The translations under genes and the position numbers were made by a program. From positions 224,212-248,211 of the forward strand of contig CAVYKF010000006.1 in NCBI GenBank assembly GCA_963769055.1: DNA of 24,000 nt. The letters run 5' to 3'. The notes under the pieces were generated by a model that was not told the origin of the DNA, ran no database searches, and saw only the letters and a list, made by a program, of their open reading frames with translations. Origin of the DNA: an uncultured Alphaproteobacteria bacterium. GTDB lineage: Bacteria > Pseudomonadota > Alphaproteobacteria > Micropepsales > Micropepsaceae. Below are positions 23,657-24,000 of the stretch, piece after piece (the stretch's first letter is position 1; every line of letters begins with the position of its first letter).

Positions 23657-24000
23657 CTAATCCGCCTGCCCATGGGCGAGCGTCTTCGACCACGCATCGG
23701 CATACGACTTTAGAAGTTCGTCAAAATTAAGGGAAGTGTCCAAGGTCAGATCGATGGGCGTGCCGCTGGGCAAGGGAATGGGCTTTTGCAGCGCCGTGCC
23801 GTTCAACAATTCCATTACGCCCACCTCCGCCTGCTGCGGCTTGGGAGGATCGCTTCGCCCCTTGATGTGAAACACGATTTGCAGCCGGCCGCCCGGCACG
23901 CTGTTCAGGTCGGCGCTGAGCTGATCGAAGGAGAGGTTCTCCATCGCCTGATAGGCGAAATCCTGCACCGCATTGGTGCTGCCCGCGGCTTCGCCTTGCG
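23657..24000 (-). CDS. ydbH: YdbH-like (AsmA-like, intermembrane lipid-transport family) protein, C-terminal fragment; 5' end beyond the window
   Basis: The frame is open to nt 24000 and the stop is at 23657-23659, 10 nt before ynbE. The order ydbH-ynbE-ydbL matches the E. coli operon. The C-terminal sequence on its own is only weakly diagnostic. Confidence 0.65.
   Translation of the reverse strand, partial: QGEAAGSTNAVQDFAYQAMENLSFDQLSADLNSVPGGRLQIVFHIKGRSDPPKPQQAEVGVMELLNGTALQKPIPLPSGTPIDLTLDTSLNFDELLKSYADAWSKTLAHGQAD

Overview
All calls come from reading the supplied ORF translations and the raw sequence. No homology search was run, so family names rest on remembered conserved motifs.

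The window is a gene-dense, high-GC (roughly mid-60s %), proteobacterial-type chromosomal segment. Most genes sit in minus-strand operons. I found no integrase, transposase, CRISPR array or recognisable defence gene.

Left to right:
- 3' end of a PI-PLC-like gene.
- A UDG-superfamily glycosylase overlapping an APC permease.
- A tightly coupled operon: S1C protease, MoxR AAA+, DUF58, BatA-like VWA.
- A DipZ-type thiol:disulfide transporter, divergent from a secreted sorbosone-dehydrogenase-like propeller.
- A translationally coupled operon of a DinB-like protein, a DedA::ATP-grasp fusion and an NRDE (TANGO2-like) protein. This is my best candidate for an uncharacterised system.
- A small secreted His/Trp/Asp-rich protein, then a PilZ protein.
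- A frameshifted secreted cupin and a four-times frameshifted M28 peptidase.
- tRNA-Ser(CGA) with promoter and terminator.
- A secreted NHL propeller plus a long HupE/UreJ-family membrane protein.
- A twice-frameshifted rlmJ.
- A DUF2089 / small membrane protein / SHOCT-like (LiaX/YvlB N-terminal-like) operon behind an AT-rich promoter-operator.
- A DUF1272 zinc-ribbon protein.
- A 184-bp structured tandem duplication abutting tRNA-Leu(CAA).
- ydbL, ynbE and the 3' end of ydbH.

All seven frame disruptions have the same sign, each consistent with one extra base. That pattern could be a technical artefact or real gene decay.
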